Virus record (IMG/VR): IMGVR_UViG_3300028394_002328
Location: 1-64,000 of that record
Strand: one strand, 5' to 3'
DNA: 64,000 nt
The position numbers were made by a program, and so were the translations under genes. Below are positions 11,701-26,700 of the stretch, one piece after another. Position 1 is the first letter of the stretch. The number at the start of each line of letters is the position of its first letter. Below the pieces are notes generated by a model, which saw only the letters and a program-made list of their open reading frames with translations, did no database searches and was not told the DNA's origin.

Positions 11701-14700
11701 TGAATTTGAGTATGATGTATTAAATCCCACAACTACATTCACTTGCGATATCGCAATGATGAATACTATAGATACACAATGGCCTACTATTGAAGTTTAT
11801 ATTAATAATATTATACAAGATAATACTACCTATACTGTAACTGTAAATAGTAATTCTACGGTAGTGACTCTAAATGATACGATTATTGATAACACTGTAA
11901 TACAAATATTATTATTAAGTGACCAAGTAAGCAAAACGGCATATTATAGTATACCTATTAATTTAAATAATAATCCTTTTAATCAAGATATAACTGTAGC
12001 TAACGTTGGAGATATTCGCGGGCAATATAGAAGTATGTTCTATAACAACCCAAATACTACAGGACAAGTGTTTGGTTCAAACAACTTTAGAGATTTAGGT
12101 AATTTAGTTCCATGGGGCAACCGCATTATTCAAAATAGTGCATCATTGGTATTGCCTAGCGTATTTTTACGCAAACAAAATCACAATTTGTTTAACTCAT
12201 TATTGTTTAACAGCCGTGAATATATCAAATTTAAAACACTTTTAGTAGACACAGTTAATAATACAGATTATGTTCAACGTTATTCACCATCTGAAATTTT
12301 AGATAATGCACTAGATCAAATTACTTTTAGCAAAACGGATAATCAGCCCTTCTTTTGGAGCGATATGCTACCTAGTAAGGCAGCATATATTACTAACACA
12401 TACACATTTGCTAATAGTTTAGATGTAAGTATATATCCATTAAGTAGAATTTATGATTTTACTTCAGCAAATTATTACGGAGTACTTGTTTACTTAACTA
12501 GGACAGTTAATAATATTACAGTAACTAGACAGTTAATAATTAATCAAGATTACACGGTAAGTACAGATTCGCCGTCGTTGACAATAACTTTAGATTTGTT
12601 GCCCGGTGATATTATTACTATTAAAGAATATAATCAAACATATGGTTCATATGTACCCAATACACCAACTAAGTTGGGATTATACCCTGCATATATTCCT
12701 AGTGTAGCATTAGACATAAATTATTCACAATCTACTTATTTTATATTAGGGCATGATGGTTCGTATAACAAATTATACGGAGATTATTTTCCTGAAACAA
12801 ATATTTTGGTAGATTTTAGAGATCAGGCTCTACTAGAATATGAAACTCGTGTTTATAATAATTTAAAATTAAGTAGTGCTGTACCTGTACAAGAATATGA
12901 AGTATTGCCTGGTTTCTTCAGAGATACTGATTATTCATTTGACGAGTGGTTAGAGATATATAGTCCGGGGTTTTTAAATTGGGTAGGACAAAATCGTTTA
13001 GATTATAAGAGACAGATATATCAAACTAATAACGAATTTACTTACAATTATTGGCAGAGTGGTAACGCAATCAATAGAGAATCTATCTACCAAGGATATT
13101 GGAGAGGTATGTATCAATATTATTACGATACTTCAACTCCGAATACTAGTCCATGGGAGATGTTAGGATTTGTTAATAAGCCAAGTTGGTGGGAAACTAG
13201 ATATGGTCCTGCACCCTATACCAGTGACAACTTAGTATTATGGACAGATTTATCAGAAGGTATAGATTGGAATGATGGTAACCCAGTTGTAATTCCTGCT
13301 GCGGTTAGACCTGAATTGTTGCAAGTGATTCCTGTAGATAGTGAAGGAAATTTATTATCACCGTTAAGAAATATAGTTGGTAACTATAATTCAAACATTT
13401 TCCAACGTGATTGGAAAGTTGGTGATGAGGCTCCAGTTGAATTCAGCTACCGTAGAAGCAGTTCATACCCGTTTGATTTAATGCGTATATTAGCATTAAC
13501 TAAGCCTGCTGAATTCTTCAACCTAGGGGTAGACTTAGACAATTACAAATATAGCGAAGAATTTGGACAATATCTTGTTAATAACAGAAGTCACTTAGTA
13601 ATAAGCAACGTTGAAATTTATGGTTCAGGCACTGCTAAAACTAGTTATATTAACTGGATAATTGATTATGAAAAACAAGTAGGAGTAGATGCTACCGCTA
13701 ATATAACAACACTATTAGATAATTTAGATGTACGGTTAGTGTATCGCCTTGCAGGGTTTAGCGATAAAGCTTTACTAAAATTTTATGTTGAAAAAGGCAC
13801 ACCAAACAGTAGAAACGCATCGTTATTAATTCCTGATGAAAGTTATAGTGTTTTATTATATGATAATCAACCATTTAACCGTGTAATATATAGCGGGGTA
13901 ATAGTACAAATAACACAATACGGGTTTTCAGTATTTGGTAATTCACAAACGCAAACATATTTCAGAACATTAAAACCATATTATAATGGTAAGTATGACC
14001 GTATTACTATAGATAATTTAAATGTTAAAGTGTCACAGGATCACAGTGATGTTGAGGTAATTGTTCCATATAATACCGTGTTTGGTACTGTGCAGGAAGT
14101 AGCAACATTTTTATCTAACTATGGAGCATGGTTAACAAGCTTAGGGGTAACCTTTGAGCAACAAGAAAATGAATTAGAAATTAACTGGAATCAAATGATT
14201 GCCGAGTTCTTATATTGGGCGCAGACTGGTTGGGATGAAGGTAGTATCGTAACATTAAATCCTTCTGCAAGAACAATTTCATTTAATAAAGATAGTAATA
14301 TTGTACAACCATTAACTATTCAGCAAACTAATTTTATTTTAAATCAGAATTTATATCCAATTCAGAATAGAGATTTGGCTATTATTCGTGAAGAAACATT
14401 GTTTACTGCTACCGCATTAAATGATGGTGATACTATTTCTTATGCACAATTTAATATCAGTAATTTTGAACATGGTATTGTTTTTGACAATGTGACATTA
14501 TTCAATGATATAATATATAACCTAATTACTGGATTAAGACAAACTCGTATTACGGTCAGAGGTACTAAGAGTGCAGATTGGAACGGCACAGTTGATGCTC
14601 AAGGATTTATTTATAATCAAGACAATATTAAAGAATGGAACAATACTGTTACCTATACAAAAGGTGAAATAATATTGTACAAAAACAAGTATTGGGTAGC

Positions 14701-17700
14701 ATTAAAAATAGTTCAACCAAAACTTATATTTGATGAATTAGAATGGAAGCGTACAGATTACGATGAAATTCAAAAAGGATTGTTACCTAATAGTAGCACA
14801 AGAAGTTATGAAAGTACATTGTATTACGATGTAAATAAGGCTAATTTAGAAAATGATGCTGACTTATTAAGTTTCTCGTTGATCGGGTATCGTCCAAGAG
14901 ACTATTTAGCACTTGCTGATTTAACTGATATTACACAGGTAAATGTTTATAAAAACTTTATTAAGAATAAAGGAACACGAAATGCAACCGATGCATTTAA
15001 GGGAGCAAATCTTCCTCAAGGTGGCATTGACTATGACATTTACGAAAATTGGGCTATTAAGTCAGGTGAATTCGGTGGAGTTTTAAACAGTAATTTTGTT
15101 CAATTTAAAATTAATCAAAATTACATGACTGGAAATCCAAGTATAGTTGGACTTACAAATGGAGTATATAACGAAGGTGTTCAACAAGAAGTTCCTATAT
15201 ACTCATTGTTTAATTATGGTAGACCTATAAACACAGTAAACATATTACCTACTATATCATCACAAGAGCCATCTACAGTTTATCCTACAGCAGGCTATGT
15301 TAACTTCAATGATGTCAAGATGTCATCTTATTTTTATTCACAGCTTCCTTTAGCAGTGGATAGTAATAATTTGGTAGTGTTGTTATCACAATTTTATGTT
15401 CGTGATTATGTTTGGTTAGCAAATTACTTACAGCGTTGGGAAGTGTTTACTCCTAAGTCAATGGGTATAATATTAAATGTAAGTAACAACTTAAATGATA
15501 CTGCAACCGTTACATTTAAAACTCCTCACAATTTAACAAGATATGAACCTTTTGCAATTGTTAATTTTTCTGATGCAGTGAATGGGTACTATATCAGTAC
15601 AGTAATTGTAGACCAGTACAGAGTATTAATTACATTAAGTATTGACCCTTCTATTACTAATATTACTGGTCAAGGGGTAGGATTTAAATTCCAATCACAG
15701 CGTGTTGCTCAACCTAGTAACATTATAGATTTGCCATTATTAGATTCAGAATTTTTCAAAAATACCGTATGGGTAGATGAAAACACCGATGGCGGTTGGG
15801 CTGTTTATAGAAAAGGTATCAACTATCAATATCAAAATGAATTCACTAAATCTTCTTCAGTGACGTTTGGTAGTGCGGTAGCCACTAGTAGCCAACTAGG
15901 ATATTTAATAGGTGATGCTACTGCCGGTGCTGTGTACCGCTATACATTCAATGACTTAACACAAGCTTATGATTTAGGACAAACGTTAACTTCAGGTACT
16001 TCATTTGGTTCTACTATCTCTCATAATAGTGACATATATGTAATTTCTGAACCTACAACTACCCCGAGAATTTACATATACCAACTTCAAAGTAGTACTT
16101 TATCTGACGATTTAATTTTGTACCAAGCAGCAATTGCCGCACCAGGTGGAGTTACAAATTGGGGTAGTGCAGTAGCAATATCAGGCAATACAAATTGGAT
16201 TTATGTTTCTGATGTTGATAATAATACTGTACATGTATATAGAAAGTCAAACGTTGTTACTCCAGTAACCAATCTTACTGCAGGACAAACTTATATTATT
16301 ACAACAGTGGGCACTACTGATTTTACTACAGTGGGTGCTACATCAGATGATATAGGAACAGCATTCGTAGCCACTGGGGTAGGCACTGGTACAGGTACAG
16401 CAACAAAGAGTACATATCAAAAAGTAACAACTATAGACGGCGATGCATTGTCATTGACTGTAGCAGGAGATAATTTTGGTTATTCTTTAGCGACAGACTA
16501 TTATGGTGATACTTTAATTATTGGTACTCCTAATAAAGATTATAGCGTTACTATAGATAATTGGGGCTATGTATATGTGTTTGATCGTGCTGTACAAAAT
16601 ATCCAAGTACAAACTAATAGTGTCCCATTAACTCCGCAAATATTTAATTTAGCATGGACACCAACTTCATTATCAAAAACATTAACTGATACTAATAGCA
16701 CTGGTAATTTATTAACATTGAATAGTACATCAGGTATTACTGTTAATGATCCTATTATCTTTACAGGATCAGGCTTAGCAGGAACAGAAATTGTTTCAGA
16801 TCAAGTATATTATGTACGTTCAATTAGTGGAAGTGATATTACTATTAAAACTAGTAGATTTGCTACAGCGGCTGTAACTGTTGCTACCGTTTCTGCAATT
16901 ACAGTTACTACTATAGTACAAAATACTCCAATTTATGTTTCAGTAAATGGAAATTTAGTAGACGATAGTAACTATGCTATCATTTCTAATACTTTGGTAT
17001 ATACTAGTACATTAAATGCAGGCGACATTATTAATGTAAGTGGTCAAGAATTTACATTGATGCAAACACTTACTACTGAAAATACTCCAAAAGTTGGTGT
17101 ACATTTTGGTAACAGTGTAGATACAACTATCTATGCAAGTGAAATTATTGTCGGCGCGCCATATGAATTAGTTACACAAATTAAAGAAGGTGCGGTATAT
17201 CGTTACACCAACGGCGGTGGCAAATACGGTATGATAATTGGCACTAGTACTGTCAATGTAACTAGCGCTAGAAATTTATTAATTAATGGCTTCTTAGTCA
17301 CTGTTCCAATTGGCAATGCAACTACTGTAGCTAACGCTATTAATGCAGTGGCGATACCTAACATTGTTGCAACTGCAATTGATGGCAAGTTAATGTTATC
17401 ATTAGTTGATAATAATCTAGCACAGGTAAATGAAAAGATATTATTAAGTTCAACTAATAGTGCAACACTAGGTGAATTAGGTATAAACATATTCACTCAA
17501 ACACAGACAATAGAATGCCCGCATACTAATAGTCGCACACAGTTTGGTACTGTAGTTAAATTTAATGAGTACGGTAGCTTTGTTGCTAGTGCACCAGTTG
17601 GAACAAGATTTAGCAGTACTACTTTTGATTTTATAGATGATGAAAATCAAGATAATGACACTGTGTTTGATAACAATACCACTACATGGTTAGATACCTT

Positions 17701-20700
17701 CCCTAATGCAGGTGCGGTATACATGTTTGATTATTTGTCTAACTACAATGAGACTTTAATAAATTGTGGTAAGTTTGTTTATGCTCAAAACGTAAACAGT
17801 CAAGATTTAGAATATGGTCTACAACCAAACTATGGTACTGCTTTAGACTTTTATAATTATTCCGTAATTATAGGAACACCTGGATTTAGTCCTAGTAACG
17901 GTCAAGCAATAACATATACTAATACATTAAATCAGAAAGATTGGTCTGTTTATAGAAGCTCTTCTCCTGTAGTTGATATTACTAGTATTGGGAACATTCA
18001 ATTGTTTAGTGCTCAAACTAATGAAACTCTAATTAACATGGATTACATTGATCCATTGCAGGGTAAGATATTAGGTGCAGCCAGAGAAAATATTGATTAT
18101 GTAGCTAATACCGATCCTGCTACTTATAATAATGGGGATCTTGTTCCGAGTAATTTGGTATGGGGCGTAACACAAGTTGGTCAAGTTTGGTTTAACACAA
18201 CTAATATTCGTTATGTTAACTATCACCAAAACAGTAATACTTATAACTGTAAATATTGGGGCACATTGTTCCCTAATAGTGATGTTGCAGTTTATACTTG
18301 GATAACATCTGAAGTACTACCTATTAATTATATTGGTTCAGGTACTGTTTACGATCCAACAAAATATTCAATACAATATATTATTAATCCAGCTGGTGCT
18401 CTAACTCCGATATATTTCTATTGGGTAAGAGATACAGGTATTATATCTCCTAATTTAGGCAAAACATTAGCAGATAGTATCATTGCTGCCTATATAGCTA
18501 ATCCAAGAAATTCAGGGATAAGTTACTTTGCCCCGTTGTTACCTAGCGTATATGCTCTATATAATGCTGGAGATTACATAAACGCAAACGACTCAGTATT
18601 AAATATTGGGTTTGGCACTGGAACAAGTACTGATGTTGTTCATAACCAATACGATCTAATTAGAGCAAATTTTGCCGATGACTATTTGCCAGGACTGCCA
18701 AATACATATTTAGGTGAAACAGAACCTTACTCATTATATGCTAGATTATTAGACAGTTTATCGGGAACTGACACTTCAGGGCAAGTTGTACCTGATCCAT
18801 TCTTACCACTAGCGGTGCAGACTGGTGTTCTTGTTAGACCCAGACAAAGTTTCTTCTACAATAGATTAGGTGCTGTTAAAAACTTCTTTGAAACATTAAA
18901 CGAAATAGTAAAACAGTATCCACTTTTTGAAATTTCTGATGCAACATTTACATATGCTTCAGGTGAGTTTTTTGACACTACCAATTATTGGGAAACAATT
19001 AATTGGTGGGCTCCGAGGTATAATGACAATACTAAATCTACAATTCAGGTTGCTATCTATTCTGATTTAGCCACACTAAGTGTTACAGAAGGTACAATTG
19101 TAACCGTCGCAACAAATGGTATAGGTTTAGCTGAAACTTACATATTTACTAATAGTGAATGGATAAGAATAGGACTTACTAACGGGACAATACAATTTAA
19201 GAGTTCACTTTGGGATTATGCTTCAGCAAGAATAGGATTTGGTGATAACTTTTTTGACACTACCCCATACGATTCATATCCTAGCGAAGAAACTCGTTAC
19301 TTAGTAAGAGCATTAACTGAGCAACTACCTTCTGAATTATTAATATATAGAAATAGAATATTGATTCTTCTCTTTGAATATATCGTTAGTGAAACAATTG
19401 AAACTCAAAATTATCTCCCGTGGTTAAATAAAACATCATTTGTTGATGTTGGGCATACTATACGAGAATTGTTACCTATTGAAGTTTTCCAAAGTGATAA
19501 TCAAAACTTCTTAGAGGGTTATTTAAACGAAGTTAAACCTTATCATGTAGTCATTAAAGATTTCTTATTTAAATATACCGGTATTAATGTTTATCAGGGC
19601 AACATAACTGATTTTGATGTGCCCGCACAGTATAATACAAGTATACAGCGTTGGGTATCTCCTCAACTAGTGTATAGTAATCCTAGTGATGTTAATCAAT
19701 ATTTACCAACTGATCCGATATGGCAAGAACCTGAATATATTAATTGGTTTGAGAATTACGGCGTAAGTTTAACTGGTCAAGATGGTGTACAAATAACAAC
19801 ATTGACTTCTTATTTGGCACTTAACTCAGGTGAAATGTCAGTAAACAATGCACAAGGCTTTCCAATTAATGGTATAGTGCAAATTGGTACTGAACAAATT
19901 GGATTCTCCTCAGTAGATAGAAATCTAAATGTTTTAGTTGGCTTAACTAGGGGTGTTAACGGTACACCAATAACTAATCATATTCCTGGTGAACTAATTT
20001 ATATTAATCTCCCTGCGGTATTGGTATTAGATGGTGGTAGAGGTTATACTGAACCTCCTAAAGTTGTAGCATATATTGATCCTACATTATATCCTGCACC
20101 AACTGTACCTGCTGTACTAACCGCAGTAATGAGTTTAGACTCAGTGCTGCGTGTTGATGTAATTAACCCTGGACAAGGATATGCTGTATTACCTAAGATA
20201 ATCATTGATCCTTCTACTGTAATCTTTTTTGAAGGTAGCGCCGTAAGTACAACATATAATACAATTATATTGTATGCGCCGTTATTACAAACTGGAGATT
20301 TAGTGCAGTATAACGTTGCTCCCGGTGGAACTCAAATCGGTGGATTAGAAAGTAATCAATGGTATTATGTTAATTTATTAGAGACAGTGCCTACAGTTGT
20401 TGTAGCATTATATTCTAATTATACTGATGCAATTTATGATGTTAACCGTGTTAAATTATTAAGTACAGGATCAGGGGACCAATCATTAAGCGTAGGAGCA
20501 AAAGCATCGGCTATTTCTTCTGCTGCTCCAGCAAGAGAAAATAATATTACTTTAAGATTTGATAGAACTACTTACAATTCACAGGTTATAGATTGGCAAG
20601 CAGGTGCATACTACGGAGCGTTCTATGCAGGCGATTACTTCAATAGCGAAGCCGTATCAAGTTCATCAATTAAATTACAAAGCACTCAACCACTAATAAG

Positions 20701-23700
20701 TTCTATTTTAGCTAGTGCTCAAGGAGTAGCTTTTGAAATTGAAGATGTCAGAAATGACAGAGTAGTAACTTATTCGTCATTGATTCGTCAAGTAGCAAGT
20801 ACACAAGCATCAGATGATTCAATTACTTTAACTACTTTCAGTAACAATCCATCGGATGTAAACGCATCAGGTTCTACAATTGGTTTTTATATTGGCATGC
20901 CAATTAAATTTAATGGTGCTGTAGTGGGAGGATTAGTAAACGGTACTGTATATTATGTAAACAGCATAATTGATGATACTAATTTTACAATATCAGAAAA
21001 TAGCACTGGCAGTCCTATTAAAGCTCTATCAGACGGAACTGTTAGTGTTGCAGGGCTAGAATGTTTTGTAGGTGAAGTAACTGATACTGCAATATTATCA
21101 GTAATATATCCGGGTATTACAAATGTCACTGCTACTCATGCAGATACAAATACACTTACCATACCATTGAATCCAACTGGTACTGGTGGTACTATTGGAT
21201 TTTATATTAACTTGCCTGTATTTTTTACAGGAACAATGTTAGATGGTGTAGTAGAAAATCAAGTATATTATATAACAACCGTTGTAGACAATCAGACATT
21301 TACAATGTCCGAAGAACAGAACCCAACAACATTAAACATTGTTTCTACAGATGGATCATCTGATTATATTACTACTAGCGATGATACTTCAGTACTGTCA
21401 ATTAACGAACCGGTAATTTTTAATACCATGGTAATTGCTGGAGCAGAGTCTACTTCGTTTGGTGGATTAGTATCAGGAACAACCTACTATATTTCAAACA
21501 TCGTGAATGCTAGTACATTCCAAGTATCTTCTAATATTAACGGGGCTTCACTAAATTTATCCACTGTAGCTGCATCTACAACTACTAGCGCATTGTTAAC
21601 TAGTCAGAAAAATGTGGTTCAGTTATCTGACGATACTGGCAATGATATGATTATTAATATTAATTTACCAGTGAGCCCAGGTCAAGTAAATGGTCAAAGA
21701 TTCACTCTATATCAAACTTCTGAACAATATGTTGGATTAACAGGCACAGACGGGGCATTAATAGATAGAACGATCGGCGCAGTAATAGGTACACCTGATA
21801 TTATTGCGTTGACTACTTTAAGTGGCGGATTGACTGACATATACATTAATATGCCATTAGAGATATCTCAGGATATTGGATCATTAACAACTGGAACAAC
21901 CTATTATGTAATTGATACTGGCACTATAGAAATTGAATGTACTTCAACTTCATCATCAACAAATGAAATAACATGTGATACTACAGAATCATTATATGTT
22001 GATATGCCTATCGTATTCAATGGAGTGGGTTTAGGTGGTATTCAAATTAATGTTGAGTACTATGTACATACTATAGTTGATGGGACACATTTCAAAATTT
22101 CTGAGTCTATAAATGGGACGGTAAAAACTCTACAAAATAGTAATGGCACAATGAATGGTGTGGGGGAACCATATATCCAAGTATCTACAACACTTAGTGG
22201 GTCGGTTGAACCAACAGGTGATTCACAACAGGCTGCATCAATTTCAGTTGCAAGCCCGGCTGTAATTACTGTAGCTGTAGCGCCTGCTGATGGTACAAAA
22301 GTTGAATTCAGAAGTACTGGAGCACTACCTACAGGACTATTAGAAGACACTACATATTATGTAGTAAATTCATCTGGCACTACTTTTGAAGTAGCATATT
22401 TACCTAGCGGATCACCTATTGATACTACCGCTAGCGGTTCAGGTACTAATATTGTCATTGTGACTGATACAATAACCATCAATCAAACTATATTGACTAC
22501 TCCTGTATTTGATGTAAGTTATATTTTGGGAGGATACCGAGTTATAATAACTGATCCAGGGTTAGGATATGCTGTTAATAATACTATTACTATAGTGGGA
22601 ACAGATATGGGCGGTGCTACTACATTGAATGATTTAACATTAACAGTTGAGTCAGTCAATAGCACAGGAGAAATCACAAGTGTGATTTGTTATGGTACCC
22701 CTCCCGGTGCAACAGAAAATTATTACTTAAAAGTTATATCACCAAACGAGTTTGCCGTATATTCAAATCCATTATTGACCGTGCCAGTAAGTGGTATTGG
22801 ATTCTCTTATACAGGAATAGTTACAACAACTGTTACTGCTACTAATTTAAGCACTGATATTATAACAGTAGATGACACCAGTGAGTTCTCAGTTAATGAT
22901 CCGATTGTATTTACAGGAACAGTAGTTGGCGGATTGGTAGTAGGACAAACTTATTATATCTTAGACAATGTAAATTTCACACCTACTACACTTCAAGTAA
23001 GTGAAACTCCAAATGGTTCAGTATTTAACCTAACAGTTACTACTTCACTTCAAGACTTTACTATGGCTAAGGTTGGAGATTTTGCTTTATTACCTGAGCC
23101 CTTTGTCTTTAGTCAAAGTATAGTTAAGTATAATAACCGTGTATATGTTTGTGTTGTGAGTAATAGTGATCAAGAATTTATTTTTGGTAAGTGGGAACTG
23201 TTAACTAGTGGTGATCGCAGATTAAATGCATTAGACAGAATCATTGGATATTATCAGCCTACTATAAACATGCCTGGGATAGACCTTACTCAATTAGTAG
23301 ATGGCATAATATATCCTAATAGTACATATTTAGGCAATGCATTTGCACCTGATCAACAGTTTGAAATTGATACCTATTTACAAGATCAGCTTTTCTATCC
23401 TACTGAAGTGCAATCTAAATCTGTAGTTTGGAATGGCACTAATTATTTTGTAGTAGCAGATACTTCTTCGTATTCTACTATATTATACAGTACAACCGGC
23501 GATGATTGGGCATTTAATAAATTAGCTAATTCTAACCTAACAACCACTGATTTAACCTATGTTAATGAAAAATATTTAATCACTACTAATAATCCGGCTA
23601 CTCCAATATTACTAAGTGAAGATGGCGTTGAATGGACAGCTTCAGAAAATTATATTGGTTTAGGTGAAGTTACTGCAAAACCAATTTCTGATGGACAGTT

Positions 23701-26700
23701 AATATTAAATTCTATCAATTACTTTAATGGGGTCTATGTAGCAGTTGGTCAAAATATTAACACAAGTACCAATGGTGTATTATGGAGAGAAAGATTTAAG
23801 TTTACTAATGGATTAACAAACGAATTATACTCAGTATTCGGATCAACTATTACGCTAAGTGCTCCGTATATTGCAGTTGGTAAAGGTCAATTTATTGATT
23901 ATTCTACTGGTTTACAAACAATTAGAGATATTAACCTAGTATATACCTCATATGATAGTATAAACTGGAATCAGGCTACTCCGGTAACTAATAAAGGTTT
24001 TTATGGTATTACATATGACACTAATATTTTTATTGCTGTGGGTGAAGATGGGGTCATATACACTTCTCAGAACGGTGATTCTTGGTTTGGTATTAATGAA
24101 ACAACTATTACCAGTGTAAACTCCTCTAGTAATATATTGAATGTGGCTGCGACTGCAGGATTTAATGTAAATGATATAGTAAGATTTACTGAATCATTTA
24201 ACGTTATTTCTTCATCTACAACTTATTATATTGTTAGTATACCATCATTAACTCAGGTACAAGTTAGTACAACATTAGGTGGATCACCTATCACTCTAAC
24301 TTCAGTCGATCCAACTACTACTACATATATGTATCTATATCCTAGAACACAGGATCTTAATGATGTACATTATGCTAACGGTAAATTTATAGCAGTAGGT
24401 AATGTAGGAACAATAAAAACTTCTACAACAGGTTATGCATGGACATCAGTTGCGTCAGGTGTAACTGAAAATTTACTCGGTATTAATTATAATGCAGATG
24501 ATGGTGTTTGGATAGCAGTAGGAGACAATAATACTATTATCACCAGTGACAACAACGGTGCATCATGGACTAATAGTTCAGTGTTAATCGTAGATCCTAC
24601 AGTTTACAATGTGCAGGGTGCTGAATTCTCATATGGATATGGTCCTGAAGAATTAGTTCCAGGTGTAGTTACTGATAATATAATGTTAACCGTAGCTACT
24701 CGTCCGGGTACTAATTGGCCAGCAGTAGAATATCAACATGTGGGATACAATGTAGTAACGGTTGAACTTACCCCTGAATCAGAACAACAAAGATATTATA
24801 GTTTCCTTTATGCAGTTACTACTCCCGCACAATTAACAGTTTCAGTCATTGATGGCACTACAGGCGTAAGCACTACAATATATCCTGATGCAAGTTATTA
24901 TGTAGATTGGGTTAACAGTGTTGTAGTATTAAATAATCCATTGACTTTCTCTCCTGTTGCAGACAGATTAAGAATTGATGTGTATGAAGTTGGTAATGGT
25001 AATCAGTTAGTAAAATCTAGCACAAAATCTGATCCAATTATAACTAATACAACTACTGGATGGAATGAGATTAACTTAAATTGTAATTACTCTGCTACCA
25101 TATTCACCGGCAGCGGTGTAATTAGCCCAGGCACAGTACCTAAAGAAACTGTAGCGATTGCTACAACCAGTGGCACAAACACTATTTCTTGTGAAAGTGT
25201 TAGAGACTTTGTGCTAAATAGTCCTATCACTTTCCAAGGAACAACGTTTGGCGGAATATTAGAAGACACAATATATTATGTAAAAACCATTAGTTATATA
25301 ACTAATAGTATTACTGTTTCTACGACATATAATATAGGTACTGGCACAGCAGGCCCTACACTAGTGCTTTCAAGTGATACAGGTTCAATGGTGGTCATTA
25401 TTCAAGTTGGTTCGGGTGCAGAGTGGACTCCTCCAATATGCTATTTAAATGGAAATAAATTAGTCTTTGGAACTACAGAAACAGTAACTAAAACCAATGG
25501 TATTACTAATACAGTTACGTGCCATACAACTGGCACATTGATACCGGGGCAAAATATTACCTTTAGCGATACAATGTTTGGGGGAGTTATAATACCACAA
25601 ACTGTGTATAATATATTAAGTATCAGTGATGCTAATGAATTTATATTAGAAGATCCTGATAATCCGGGTAATCCATTAGCATTAACTACAGCAACCGGAG
25701 GAGCCGAATTAATTACAAATGATTATGCTTTTGGAATCTCAGAAAATGGCATAACAGCAAAAATAATATTTGCAGTTGGTACTTATAACACTCAAAGTGA
25801 TTATTTGTCATATGCAGTATTTGGAGAAACAGTTCCAACTCAATACGGATATACTATACCTGAAACTCAAATTATATTGAGTGACGGCACTAGTACTTAT
25901 GAATTAACTAATTTTGTAGGTAATGATAATGTTACTAATGCAATTGTTGAAGTTAATGGTTTAAGGGTCTTAGATACAGATTATACCATTGATTCTAATT
26001 TAAATGAAATTACTTTTGTGTCTAGTCCAAGTTTAGGTGATACTATTGCGGTTACTTCTTATAATTTAACTGATAGACAATATCTAAGCACAATGTACGA
26101 TGTAAACTCGGCGTCAAGTACAGTAGCAAATATTATATCTGTTAACAATACTATTAGTCCTTATCTTGCTATAACTAATGTAACATCATGTACTTCAGTT
26201 GGTAATTTAATTACATGTGTTAGTACTACTGGATTTGTAATAGGACAAACCATTATATTTAAGGGCACTGGATTTGGTAATATTCTTACTGACGGAACAG
26301 TGTATTATATTGATTCTATACCTGGCTTAACTACATTTACCATCAGTCAGACTAATGGAGGAGGTATTTTTGATCCAGGAACAGGCTCGGGATTAATGAT
26401 ATCATATATAGGAGGCACGCCGACTGTTCGTGTTACCACTGGTGTCCCCCATGATTTAACTACTAATGATATCGTAAGAATTGATGGTACTTTAGGTTCT
26501 ACCCAACTTAATAATGTTACTTTTTATGTACATGTGATAAACGATACTCAAATTGATTTATATTCACAAGCATATGATCCTGCTTTTACTGCAACTAATT
26601 ATCCGATAACTACTGTTTCTACTTATATAAGTGGCGGATATGTATGGATTGATACTATTTTCACACTGGTTACTGTAGATGCAACTGCAACCTCAACTGA

